This document shows, one piece after another, positions 50,285 to 59,810 of a DNA stretch of 64,000 nt; the first letter of the stretch is position 1; the number at the start of each line of letters is the position of its first letter. Where the stretch lies: contig JAUQPB010000001.1 of the NCBI GenBank assembly GCA_030550585.1, forward strand, positions 288,001-352,000, written 5' to 3'. Under the pieces are notes generated by a model. That model did not search any database and had not been told where the DNA came from. It saw nothing but the letters and a program-made list of their open reading frames with translations. Origin of the DNA: Thermoproteota archaeon. GTDB lineage: Archaea; Thermoproteota; Thermoprotei_A; Sulfolobales; Ignisphaeraceae. Made by a program: the position numbers and the translations under genes.

Positions 50285-51483
50285 ATCTTATCACCCCTAT
50301 CAAAACCTTCAACATTTCTGGGAACAGCAAATAACGCATTTGAAATGAGTAGCGATTTTAGTACTCCAGAGCCGTGGAGAAGCACAGGCTCAGTACATAG
50401 CTCATCTCCACATCTAAATATTCTTGCTCTAACAAATGTATCGTATCCTATAGATCCACTCACCTTCTTTGTTACTAGGGCTGGAACCTCGACAAACATT
50501 TCATCGCTTATTCCTAGTGCTTTGAATAGAAAGTTGAGTACCACAACGTTCAAAGCTATATATGCAGCCACTGGAAAGCCTGATAGAAGGAAAACAGGTT
50601 TATTCTCTATAACAACTATAGATGTTGGTCTACCAGGCTTCATAGCAAGTCCTCTCGCGATTATTATCGGATTTTTGTCAATGTTGATAACAGCATTAAA
50701 GGTTTTGTCATGGTCGCTAGGACCTGTGCCGCCAGTAATTACCAAGATTTGATTTTCGTTAAGGGCCTTTAGCACCGCCTCTTTTATTTGCTTTTCATCA
50801 TCTTTGATAATGCCATACCATTTGGTGTTTATAAAACGATATTCTGAGAGTGCGGCTCGTATAAGTATCGAGGTTGAGTCGAGTATAAAGCCCTCTTCAT
50901 ATGCTCTAATACCATATGTTGGTTCCACAACCTCAGAGCCTGTTGCAATAACTCCTATAGAGATCTTTTCGAAAACCCTTATCCTTGTTATTCCGAGGGC
51001 CGAGAATATTGCTACATGCACTGGTTTTATTATTTCTCCTTTCGATGCTATCTTCTCTCCTGCTTTAATATCTTCTCCTCTTCTAGAAACATTAGCATAT
51101 TTTGACAGTGGTCTTGTCACATAAATTGTGTTGCTATCCCTTATAACATCCTCTATCATTACTACAGCATCAGCTCCTATAGGCATTTTCTGTCCTGTAA
51201 CAACAGGTATCGCTTCATCACATGAGTTTAGAGCGTCGCCAAACTGTATTTTCAATGGAATTGGATTGTTTGGGGATGCTGATGACACAGCCCCGCTACA
51301 TATTGCATAACCGTCAACAGCACTTCTATCAAATAGCGGAAGGTCTATAGGTGCATAAACATCTTCGGCTAGTACCATACCAACGGCATTATCCAATTCA
51401 ACTTCTGCAAAACCTAACTCTAACTTAACATGCTGTAATAGCGATTTCAATGCTTCTTCAATAGGCTTATAATGGTATATCAT
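50266..51483 (-). CDS. moeA: Molybdopterin molybdenumtransferase MoeA
   Basis: FDRSAVDGYA, TGSE, TGGTG and KPGRP motifs. Confidence 0.92.
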   Translation of the reverse strand: MIYHYKPIEEALKSLLQHVKLELGFAEVELDNAVGMVLAEDVYAPIDLPLFDRSAVDGYAICSGAVSSASPNNPIPLKIQFGDALNSCDEAIPVVTGQKMPIGADAVVMIEDVIRDSNTIYVTRPLSKYANVSRRGEDIKAGEKIASKGEIIKPVHVAIFSALGITRIRVFEKISIGVIATGSEVVEPTYGIRAYEEGFILDSTSILIRAALSEYRFINTKWYGIIKDDEKQIKEAVLKALNENQILVITGGTGPSDHDKTFNAVINIDKNPIIIARGLAMKPGRPTSIVVIENKPVFLLSGFPVAAYIALNVVVLNFLFKALGISDEMFVEVPALVTKKVSGSIGYDTFVRARIFRCGDELCTEPVLLHGSGVLKSLLISNALFAVPRNVEGFDRGDKIWVKIL

Positions 51484-51576
51484 ACCATCATTCCAGAGGG
51501 GCTATGATCAAATCAAAAACAGATTCCTATGCAACCAATATAAGTTTATTTTTGGATAAACTTGGATTATATAGTT

Positions 51577-51628
51577 AAATGATGATGTAGCTGAGCTCTG
51601 AATAGTGATGTACCCGGATTGTCTGACA
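51577..51628 (+). ncRNA. C/D-box guide sRNA
   Basis: C ATGATGA (51579-85), guide TGTAGCTGAGCT, D' CTGA (51598-601), C' GTGATGT, guide ACCCGGATTGT, D CTGA (51623-26). Confidence 0.88.
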
Positions 51629-51644
51629 CATTCATTTACCCGCA

Positions 51645-52331
51645 TCAGCTTTTTTTGTAGTAACTGCACAAGTCTCTTAACACACACTCATTACATAGAG
51701 GTTTCCTAGCCTTACAAACCCTCCTTCCATGCTCTATCAACAAAATGTGCAATTTCATTAAAATGTCAACATCATTATGAGTTTCTGAGACGATCTTCTT
51801 TCTTATACTCTCATAACCCTCATTTTCAAGCGCTAGACCAATTCGTGTTAAAACCCTTTTGATGTGAGTATCTATGGGAAATGTCGGTTTTCTTAGCACA
51901 GCTAATAAATACACATCAGCTGTTTTAGGCCCTACACCACGTATTTGCATCAGAATTTTTCGCGCTTCATCAACATCTAGCATGTGGAGCTTGTTAACAA
52001 TGCCTTCATCGCTCTTGAACCACTTAGCTAATTCATATATTGTTTCTGCCCTTCTCTTGGCAATCCCGGCAACCTTAATAGCATTTATAATAGTCTCAAC
52101 TGGGGTTCGAAGAACCCTTTCCGGTTCTATTATGCCGCCAAGATCCCTTCTCAAATTGTTTAAAGCACGCATAGCATTTCTATCACTTGTATTCTGACTC
52201 AAAACGATCCCAATCAAAATCTCAAAGTGGTTTACCTGATTATCCTTGGAAATCATATGCAAAACGATATATTCATCCTTGTTCGGTCTATAGACACTCT
52301 CTAATCTTTTTAAAATCTCGTATAAATTCAT
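51645..52331 (-). CDS. nth: Endonuclease III
   Basis: LSQNT, HhH GVGPKTA, DTH and C-x6-C-x2-C-x5-C motifs. Confidence 0.93.
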   Translation of the reverse strand: MNLYEILKRLESVYRPNKDEYIVLHMISKDNQVNHFEILIGIVLSQNTSDRNAMRALNNLRRDLGGIIEPERVLRTPVETIINAIKVAGIAKRRAETIYELAKWFKSDEGIVNKLHMLDVDEARKILMQIRGVGPKTADVYLLAVLRKPTFPIDTHIKRVLTRIGLALENEGYESIRKKIVSETHNDVDILMKLHILLIEHGRRVCKARKPLCNECVLRDLCSYYKKS

Positions 52332-52400
52332 GCCCTAGACACAAAACCTTTTAGTAGTTAAAGGATATAAATATGTTATATGCTATGAATACTGTAGAAA

Positions 52401-53561
52401 TTGGCTGGACACGTATTAGAAGCTAATATATTTTTAGCGGAAACTCGGTATGCGAGGATAAAAAATATGTCTAGGCAAACGATGTCAGTAGCTATAGTGA
52501 TTCCAACTTATAACGAAGTCGAAAATATAGGCATTCTGCTTGGGGAGATAAAAAAGAATGTTCCCACAGATGTTGATTATGAGATAGTGGTTGTCGATGA
52601 TAATAGTCCTGATGGTACATGGAAAAAGGCTGTTGAACTGCTTGAAAATAACATATTTGTTGTTAGAAGGATTGGTTTAAAAGGTCTTTCAACGGCTGTT
52701 ATAGATGGCATAATTTTTTCTTCTAAGGACTATGCGCTTGTGCTCGATGCCGATTTGCAGCACCCACCAGAGTATATAAAAGATATGATTTCCGAGGCAC
52801 AGAAAACCAATGTTGATGTCGTAATCGGCTCAAGGTATACCAAGGGTGGGGGTGTTGCTGGTTGGTCAAAAACAAGGCTACTAATATCTAAGACGGCAAC
52901 ACTTATAGCGAAGCTGTTTCTGCCATCGGTACGAAGGATATCCGATCCGATGTCAGGTTTCTTCATGGTTAAGAGGAGAATTGTTTTAGAGAATCTATCG
53001 AAGTTAAACCCATATGGCTTCAAAATCCTTCTAGAGATTCTAGAACGATGTAATCCAAAAACCGTTTCTGAGGTGCCATACATCTTTAGACCGCGGATTT
53101 ATGGAAAGAGTAAACTTGGAGCAAAGACTATAATTCAATATATTCTCCATGTAATGAAATTAAGTGGGTGGAGGCCATTCAAATTTGTGTTAGTTGGTCT
53201 AGCAGGAATGGTTGTTAACCTAGGTGTGCTACAGCTAATTGGCTTCCTATCCCCGCTGCTCATAAATCAGCTATTTGCTGTAGGAAGTGCAATATCTATA
53301 GAAATTAGTGTTGTATTTAATTTTGTGCTCCATGAAGTGTGGACTTTTAGAGATAGGCGCTCAGGTAAGGCCATGGCCCGCCTTGCTCTATTTCATGTAT
53401 CATCTGCCCCAAGCGTTATTGTGCAATATCTTTCAGCTGTATCGATGAAATACGGCCTATCTATGAATCCTATTATAGCCCAGCTTATAGGGATTTTAAT
53501 TGGATTTCCATTCAATTATATATTTAGTGAGCTCGGCATATGGAAAAGAAAGTCGGTTTAG
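52401..53561 (+). CDS. GT2 polyprenol-phosphate mannosyltransferase with GtrA-like domain (true start likely downstream)
   Basis: PTYNE, DDNSPDGT, DADLQH and DPMSGF motifs; 4 C-terminal TM segments. Confidence 0.88.
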   Translation: MAGHVLEANIFLAETRYARIKNMSRQTMSVAIVIPTYNEVENIGILLGEIKKNVPTDVDYEIVVVDDNSPDGTWKKAVELLENNIFVVRRIGLKGLSTAVIDGIIFSSKDYALVLDADLQHPPEYIKDMISEAQKTNVDVVIGSRYTKGGGVAGWSKTRLLISKTATLIAKLFLPSVRRISDPMSGFFMVKRRIVLENLSKLNPYGFKILLEILERCNPKTVSEVPYIFRPRIYGKSKLGAKTIIQYILHVMKLSGWRPFKFVLVGLAGMVVNLGVLQLIGFLSPLLINQLFAVGSAISIEISVVFNFVLHEVWTFRDRRSGKAMARLALFHVSSAPSVIVQYLSAVSMKYGLSMNPIIAQLIGILIGFPFNYIFSELGIWKRKSV

Positions 53562-53562
53562 C

Positions 53563-54273
53563 TTAGTGACCTTCACAAAAACTTGGATATCGTTGCCTAA
53601 TAAGATTCTCACATTCTTCCAAATCTTTTATTGTATCTATAGACTTCCAAAGCACATCTCTATACACAAGTCCTTTTAATCTACCTTCCTTAGCCAAAAG
53701 CGGGAATGTTGTTGTCTCAATATCGCCTTTTTCAGGCAGGAAATCAAATATTTCAGGCTTCATCACATAGACCCCGCCATTTATTGTATACTCTATAATT
53801 GGCTTTTCAATAAATTCCTTAACATAGTTATTAACAACCTTCACAATACCATATGGACTTCTCATATAAACCAAAGCTATGCCAGCAACAGCTTTATCAT
53901 CTTTCACTACATCATTTATTAATGGTGTTGGATCCAAATCTGTGATTATATCGCCATTTATCACAAGAAACCACTCCTCATTTCTCAGAACAGACTCTGC
54001 ATTCTTTATTGCACCACCTGTACCAAGAGGTTCGTCCTCCATGACATAGGCCACATTAATCCCATATTTTTTACCACTTCCTATAACCTCTACAACCTTC
54101 TCCTTGGCGTGTCCGAGAAGCAACACAAAATCTTTAAACCCATATTTGCTCAGCCATTTAATATGCCATTCAAGAATAGGCCTTTTACACACCTCAACAA
54201 GTATTTTAGGCCTATCCTCCGTCAATGGCCTTAATCTCTTTCCAAGACCCCCTGCAAGTACTACTACCTTCAA
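53563..54273 (-). CDS. Sugar-phosphate nucleotidyltransferase
   Basis: LAGGLGKRLRPLT..RPK, EPLGTGG, NGD and EKP motifs. Confidence 0.92.
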   Translation of the reverse strand: MKVVVLAGGLGKRLRPLTEDRPKILVEVCKRPILEWHIKWLSKYGFKDFVLLLGHAKEKVVEVIGSGKKYGINVAYVMEDEPLGTGGAIKNAESVLRNEEWFLVINGDIITDLDPTPLINDVVKDDKAVAGIALVYMRSPYGIVKVVNNYVKEFIEKPIIEYTINGGVYVMKPEIFDFLPEKGDIETTTFPLLAKEGRLKGLVYRDVLWKSIDTIKDLEECENLIRQRYPSFCEGH

Positions 54274-54321
54274 GCTGTTTGCACCTCAAATCAACTTATA
54301 AGTTTTCAAAAAATAAACTTT

Positions 54322-54380
54322 ATTGATGTGCTCACGCTGGGTTAGCTGATCACCAATGATGATTTCACGGACCGTGTGAA
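54322..54380 (+). ncRNA. C/D-box sRNA candidate
   Basis: TTGATGT (54323-29), guide, CTGA (54346-49), ATGATGA (54356-62), guide, GTGA (54376-79). Confidence 0.55.
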
Positions 54381-54385
54381 CAACC

Positions 54386-54685
54386 TTGCAAAAGAATTAT
54401 AATACCAAAACGTATTGTGTTATATGTGGAAGAGAAATAGGGAGCAATGAAAAAAGTGTGAAATGTAGTGTATGTGGAGGTTTGATGCATGAGAATTGTA
54501 TTGATAGAGAGATTTTGGAAGACTCGGAGGGGAATATCATGTGCCCTTATGATGCTGCTCTAGCCGCTTTAGACTGGTTTGACGCTATTGTAACTGGGTA
54601 CCACGATTCTTTGAAGAGTGACAAAGATAAGTTGCGTGACATTGTTGAAAGGCTGAAGAATTATATATCACTATTGGAGGGCTAA
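54386..54685 (+). CDS. Small zinc-finger protein (C4-H-C2-D, PHD/RINGv-like) with C-terminal helices
   Basis: CVIC...CSVCGGLMHENC...CPYD. Confidence 0.7.
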   Translation: MQKNYNTKTYCVICGREIGSNEKSVKCSVCGGLMHENCIDREILEDSEGNIMCPYDAALAALDWFDAIVTGYHDSLKSDKDKLRDIVERLKNYISLLEG

Positions 54686-54699
54686 AAGAACATCATGCT

Positions 54700-55392
54700 T
54701 TAAACTTCCTTTAGAATGCCATCAATTAGAACGAATCTTCTATTCGTGTATTCTAGAACTCTTGCATCGTGGGAAACTATTAGGATTGTTGTTTGGAAAT
54801 CTCTATTGATTTTTGTGAAGAGCTCTAGGACCTTCTTGGCGTTTTCCCAATCTAGATTAGCTGTCGGTTCATCTGCTAGTAAAAGCGATGGCGTTACAAC
54901 AAGAGCTCTTGCAATAGCAACTCTTTGCTTCTCACCACCGCTTAAGAACCTGACTTTGGTTTTTATCTTATCGGTTAAACCCATGTAATTGAGGATATCG
55001 TTAATCAAAGCCTTTCTCTCTTCTTCTGGTACGCCAGATACCAAGAGAGGTAGCTCAATATTTTCATAAACTGTGAACTCCTCTATCAAACCATAATCTT
55101 GCGGAATAAAGCTGACAACACCTGTTCTAAGCTCTGCTAACCCCTCATCATCTAACATACTCAAGTTATAGCCCTCTATTATAACCTCTCCCATATCTGG
55201 CCTATCCAAGCCTGCCAAAATTTTTAGAAGTGTTGTTTTGCCTGCACCGCTAGGCCCATGTATGCCACCTACATCGCCTCTATACAGCGACATGTTAACC
55301 CCTTTGAGTATTGGTATTCTATTACCCATATAATTGTAATATTTCCACACGTTTCTCACTATGACTACGAGATCCTTCACATTTACCACCAC
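54700..55392 (-). CDS. ABC transporter ATPase (LolD/MacB-type)
   Basis: GPSGAGKT, LSGGEKQRVAIARAL, ADEPTANLD and SHD motifs. Confidence 0.93.
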   Translation of the reverse strand: MVVNVKDLVVIVRNVWKYYNYMGNRIPILKGVNMSLYRGDVGGIHGPSGAGKTTLLKILAGLDRPDMGEVIIEGYNLSMLDDEGLAELRTGVVSFIPQDYGLIEEFTVYENIELPLLVSGVPEEERKALINDILNYMGLTDKIKTKVRFLSGGEKQRVAIARALVVTPSLLLADEPTANLDWENAKKVLELFTKINRDFQTTILIVSHDARVLEYTNRRFVLIDGILKEV

Positions 55393-55781
55393 TAATAAAT
55401 TGAAAATAGGATAAATATGGTGATAATAACTGAGGTTATGAACAGTATTGTCAAGGCTATTGCATCTCTAGCTAAGATGCCATACACAATCATGAGTATA
55501 GATGTTCTCAAAGCTATAAATACCCAAATTGTAAACGCTATTCCACTCTTTCTCAACCCAACTATGCGAAAAGCTGTAATGAGCTGTGCAATATTTCCCT
55601 TATCAGATAATAATGTAGCTAATATTGCTAGAGATGATAGCGCAATTGAAACTGTTCTTGATATTACATCGCTATAAAACAGGAGATAGAATGCCAAGGT
55701 AAAGCTGTAAAGAAGAAGATATTTAAATCCATTACATATATAGGAGTATTTCACTCCCATCAACATTATTCTGTGATGCAT
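55392..55781 (-). CDS. Small 4-TM membrane protein, FtsX-like
   Basis: Hydrophobic; ITAFRIVGL resembles the FtsX coupling helix; overlaps its neighbours. Confidence 0.55.
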   Translation of the reverse strand: MHHRIMLMGVKYSYICNGFKYLLLYSFTLAFYLLFYSDVISRTVSIALSSLAILATLLSDKGNIAQLITAFRIVGLRKSGIAFTIWVFIALRTSILMIVYGILARDAIALTILFITSVIITIFILFSIY

Positions 55782-57343
55782 TTTGTGAACACCCCTTGAA
55801 TTTTTGACAGAGCCATTAGAACAAGCTTTTCTTGTTCACGGCCACTCAGCTCTTCTAAACTCCAGACATCGGCTAATAGATTGTAATTCCAAATACCGTT
55901 GATCTTCTCTCCATATATTTCAATGCTAACTATAGATGATAAGCCCTTCTTGTATATAAGCTCAATACGCATTTCAACCATGTTGTTGGTATCCTCCAAA
56001 ACTTCGAACTCTGATAGCGCAAAAAAGTCGTCTAAGGAAAAATCTTTTTCAAGCTCATTTCTAAACGTATTTACATCTATCTTGATAGTATGATTTAAAA
56101 CTATTGAGGGTTTTGATAGAACCTTGCTTCCTCTAACCTTGAGACCGGCAGAAGCTCTATACACAATAACCATGATTGATATGGCAGCGGATAGTAAATA
56201 TGATGCAGATGCCACACCAAAGATGTTCTCTACACCGCTTAAGGAAGCTACTATCAGAAGTGGGATATAGAAAACTAGGAGTATTGCAACCATAACTATA
56301 GCCAAAGAAGATGATAGCATACCATATGTGACACCAGATAGAGCCAACCTCTGAGAAATAAGTTTAATTCTCTCCGCCAAACCACCTGAAACAGTTATTG
56401 AGAAGACTAGGGAGAAAAGTGCTGAAAGAGCCAAACCGATGAAGGTTCTCGATGATGGAACTAGATTAGGGCTATAGATATGTATCTTGCCATTGGTTCT
56501 TATAGCAACCAAATCAAAGTGTTTTAAAAGCTTTGCAACATCTACATAGCTTGAATTCCTTGCTAGAAAAATTGTTTTAGCATTGCAGTCGGTGCTGCAT
56601 AAAGCCTCAATAACTTTTTCATTCTCTGGGAGTACGATGATGTCTGTTGGTGTAGCTACGAGTGGGGTACCCCCTATAGCACCTAGAGAATGAACTAAAT
56701 AGATACTTGGAAGAATCTCTACTCCAACAAAATTAGACAAATCCTCCTTTACCACGAAAAACCTCTGGCCATCTATGAAAATAGTGTTTAAGCCAATAGC
56801 TTTTTTATTATCAATAATAGCTGTATTGCCTTGCGATAAAAGCTTACAAATCTTGTCTATGTCTCCAACATAGATTTTTACATGCGAGCTGCAGTTAATG
56901 ACTAATGGCAATAGATAAATACTTTTATTGTCATGTTCTATAAACAAACCATTGTATATTTGCACTATTTTAATTGATTCTACTGGAATCCCTTTAACAT
57001 ACTCTGCACCCTGCTCATAGTTGTTAGAGATCATTAGAATATCATAGGTGTATGGTATGGAAGATGCTTCTATCTCGGATGAAGAGTATAGATATGTTGA
57101 TGTATAGGCTGTTGAAAATGATGTTAAAAGCAAGGAAATTATTATTAGGGCTAATTCGATGCTTCTAATAATATTGTAAAACATTATCTTGATTATTTTA
57201 TAAGCTGGAGACACTAGTCTAGGTACTACCAGCTCCTCTTCCTCTGAAACACCCTTTCTACTGGCTAAATATAGAGAAATCCCCCAAAGAATTAGTATTG
57301 ATGCAAACAAGATTATTATGATGATGTCTAATGTTAATGTCAC
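55766..57343 (-). CDS. FtsX/MacB-like permease with large extracytoplasmic domain
   Basis: TM segments, ~240-aa soluble domain, 3 TMs with an AERIKL...LSG coupling helix, soluble C-domain; GTG start overlaps the upstream TGA. Confidence 0.6.
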   Translation of the reverse strand: MTLTLDIIIIILFASILILWGISLYLASRKGVSEEEELVVPRLVSPAYKIIKIMFYNIIRSIELALIIISLLLTSFSTAYTSTYLYSSSEIEASSIPYTYDILMISNNYEQGAEYVKGIPVESIKIVQIYNGLFIEHDNKSIYLLPLVINCSSHVKIYVGDIDKICKLLSQGNTAIIDNKKAIGLNTIFIDGQRFFVVKEDLSNFVGVEILPSIYLVHSLGAIGGTPLVATPTDIIVLPENEKVIEALCSTDCNAKTIFLARNSSYVDVAKLLKHFDLVAIRTNGKIHIYSPNLVPSSRTFIGLALSALFSLVFSITVSGGLAERIKLISQRLALSGVTYGMLSSSLAIVMVAILLVFYIPLLIVASLSGVENIFGVASASYLLSAAISIMVIVYRASAGLKVRGSKVLSKPSIVLNHTIKIDVNTFRNELEKDFSLDDFFALSEFEVLEDTNNMVEMRIELIYKKGLSSIVSIEIYGEKINGIWNYNLLADVWSLEELSGREQEKLVLMALSKIQGVFTKCITE

Positions 57344-59076
57344 GGAGATGCAACACCTAGACTTATCAATATAATATTTGCAATGAGCGCTACTGCACAA
57401 CCTAACATAAATATTGTGGCTCCCACAATTAGCCTTTCATGAAATGTGGGACCAAATCTTACTACAATGCTTTTTACTATGTATGCTAATAGTATTTGGA
57501 ATCCTATGTCTGGCGGCAATGTTATCCCAACTAGAAATGGAAATAGAGCTAATCCGATGAATCTATTGAATATGATTATCAGGATAGAGATCAGCGATGC
57601 GAACAAGATTGTGCTTAGCGACTGCATTGCTAGCTTGCCTTGGTATACAGCTGCCATCCACACTGTTGTTGGTATCCACTTTGATAAAGGCATTTGAGGA
57701 GAGTTAAAGCCGTATATGCCTACAAGAAGGTTCCCATACGTATATGTTATGAAGCTTCCTATGGCGACTCCTAAGCAAAAATATTTTAGGGTTTCCATAG
57801 CATTTACTTTATTTAGTCTTGAATATCTAAGCAAATTCATTGTTGTTGCAGCTATTGTTTGGGGCATTGGAATGCCTGTGTAAGGGTCTAGAACAGCATA
57901 TAGCATAGTGTTACGCACGCCAAGTGAATACATCACTATTGTTACAAGAGGAAAAAGTGCTTGAGATCCTGTGCCAGATTCTCCAACAACTCTGAGATTA
58001 CCTATAATTAATATTAGATGGAGAAACAAGGCCAAGATTATTGCCAGAAAAACTATGTTATTAATGGGTTTAAGATAGACTGCGAAAACTGTTGCGATAA
58101 TTCCGAGGAATGCGATGTATGATAGTCCTATAGCAAATGCAACTCTTTCAGTACCGAATTTTAGGATTACTGAAAAACTCATAGCCAATTGAGTCCAATA
58201 CTTAATTAGATAATATAATAGAAAGGTTATAACAAATCCAACATTAATGCCTAGAACAATAGGGGAAACGCTAAATAGCATATCATCATATGTTTGAGAG
58301 GGAATTAGCGGAATAGAGAATAGCTTTATCGCTATTGGTATAAAAACAAGATATGTTAGAAAAGATCCCATGAAGAAGGATCTTAGTGATGAAAGTGGAA
58401 GCAGAAGAAATAATGCGAATACTATTGGGGTAAACGAGATTGCAAAAACAGAGCCTGGCAGAAACATTGATGTGACTGGCGTTAAATCTATGCTAAGTCC
58501 AGCGATAAAAAATGTCATTTGGGTTGCGAAACCGAGTGCAAAGATCAGTAAAAGGAATTTTCTGCCCACTTTAAACTCCTTCATCAGATTGGTGATAACA
58601 GCTGAAGCAGTGGCTATAGGATACTTTAGCCTTTCTTTATCTAGGAAATGGCTTCTCAGCGAATATGCTATAAAAGCTCCTCCAAGAGTTGATATAGCGA
58701 GTGTTATGTATATAGGAAGGGCGTTCAGATCTATAAAGCTTTTGCCATAATTAAAAAGGTACTTGGGCACATCAACATCGAATCCAAATGGCTTGAGCCT
58801 GAAGGCAACATTCTTTAGAAATCCATATGTTATATACATTCCAGATGTAAGTGTTGTTGTAATATCGATACCTATGGCTGTCGCAAATGATATTACAATG
58901 TCTCTTACACTATAATCCACGTTAAGTAATTTGAATATGAATAAGGATAGTATTGGAATCCACACTATTGATATCTCAGATGTTGTATATCCTGATACAG
59001 CATATGAGTAACTATTAACAAAGCTCGTGAAAGCCCCTATTAATATGCCGATTAAAGCTGGGTGTATTTTTCTCAT
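57340..59076 (-). CDS. OPT/YSL oligopeptide-transporter-like membrane protein
   Basis: About 16 hydrophobic segments; FLDKERLKYPIATA, RVVGESG and GITLPP motifs. Confidence 0.7.
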   Translation of the reverse strand: MRKIHPALIGILIGAFTSFVNSYSYAVSGYTTSEISIVWIPILSLFIFKLLNVDYSVRDIVISFATAIGIDITTTLTSGMYITYGFLKNVAFRLKPFGFDVDVPKYLFNYGKSFIDLNALPIYITLAISTLGGAFIAYSLRSHFLDKERLKYPIATASAVITNLMKEFKVGRKFLLLIFALGFATQMTFFIAGLSIDLTPVTSMFLPGSVFAISFTPIVFALFLLLPLSSLRSFFMGSFLTYLVFIPIAIKLFSIPLIPSQTYDDMLFSVSPIVLGINVGFVITFLLYYLIKYWTQLAMSFSVILKFGTERVAFAIGLSYIAFLGIIATVFAVYLKPINNIVFLAIILALFLHLILIIGNLRVVGESGTGSQALFPLVTIVMYSLGVRNTMLYAVLDPYTGIPMPQTIAATTMNLLRYSRLNKVNAMETLKYFCLGVAIGSFITYTYGNLLVGIYGFNSPQMPLSKWIPTTVWMAAVYQGKLAMQSLSTILFASLISILIIIFNRFIGLALFPFLVGITLPPDIGFQILLAYIVKSIVVRFGPTFHERLIVGATIFMLGCAVALIANIILISLGVASP

Positions 59077-59108
59077 GTTATCGCCTAGACACCAGACATT
59101 ATTAAACT

Positions 59109-59130
59109 ATAGGGGATTCATAGGGGATTC
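59109..59130. repeat. Perfect 11-bp tandem repeat ATAGGGGATTC x2
   Basis: 59109-59119 and 59120-59130, in a divergent promoter region. Confidence 0.8.
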
Positions 59131-59234
59131 GTTAATGTGCCGTTAGACTATTTAAGATGATGTTTTATTGATATTGTTTTGCGTAAAGATTATATATCTT
59201 TATGCGTCAAGAAATGGTTGTATGGTGCCAGACA

Positions 59235-59648
59235 ATGACACAGCAAATAGATAGAAATGCCATAGTTAAGAGAGCTACAGAGCTACTTAGAGGTGGCGCC
59301 ACTATGCTAGCTGAGGCGTGCCCCTTATGCAACTCGCCGTTATTCAAGCTTCCAAGTGGCGAGGTTGTATGTCCTATACATGGTAGGGTTATGCTTGTTA
59401 AAACCGAGGAGGAGGTTTCCGAAGCCAATGTACTGTCAACATTAACAGAACTCGAAAAAAGCATTACAAATAAGTTGAACATGTATGTCAATAAATTGAA
59501 GAGTAGCGAAGCGGAGTTTGAGGATGCTAGAAATGTTATTGCGTGGCTAGATGCTCTAGAAAGAATTGAAAAAATAAAAAGATTGCTCAGCAAAACAAAA
59601 CAGCTTGAGACACCGCAAACCAGCACCAGAAAAACAAGTAAAAAATGA
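59235..59648 (+). CDS. UPF0148 / Sjogren autoantigen p27-like Zn-ribbon protein
   Basis: LLRGGATMLAEACPLC.SPLF...CPIH; start probably at MTQQ. Confidence 0.85.
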   Translation: MTQQIDRNAIVKRATELLRGGATMLAEACPLCNSPLFKLPSGEVVCPIHGRVMLVKTEEEVSEANVLSTLTELEKSITNKLNMYVNKLKSSEAEFEDARNVIAWLDALERIEKIKRLLSKTKQLETPQTSTRKTSKK

Positions 59649-59810
59649 TGCAATACCATTACCTCCTCATATCCAAATTCCTATAAACTTTGGTATTAGC
59701 TTCTTTAAAACAAATCTCATTTACTCACAGTTTAGTTTGTAGAGTCTATAAAATCTTCTAATTAGGTAAAAGACTGATATCGATTATCGATAACAATAAG
59801 CATCAAAATA

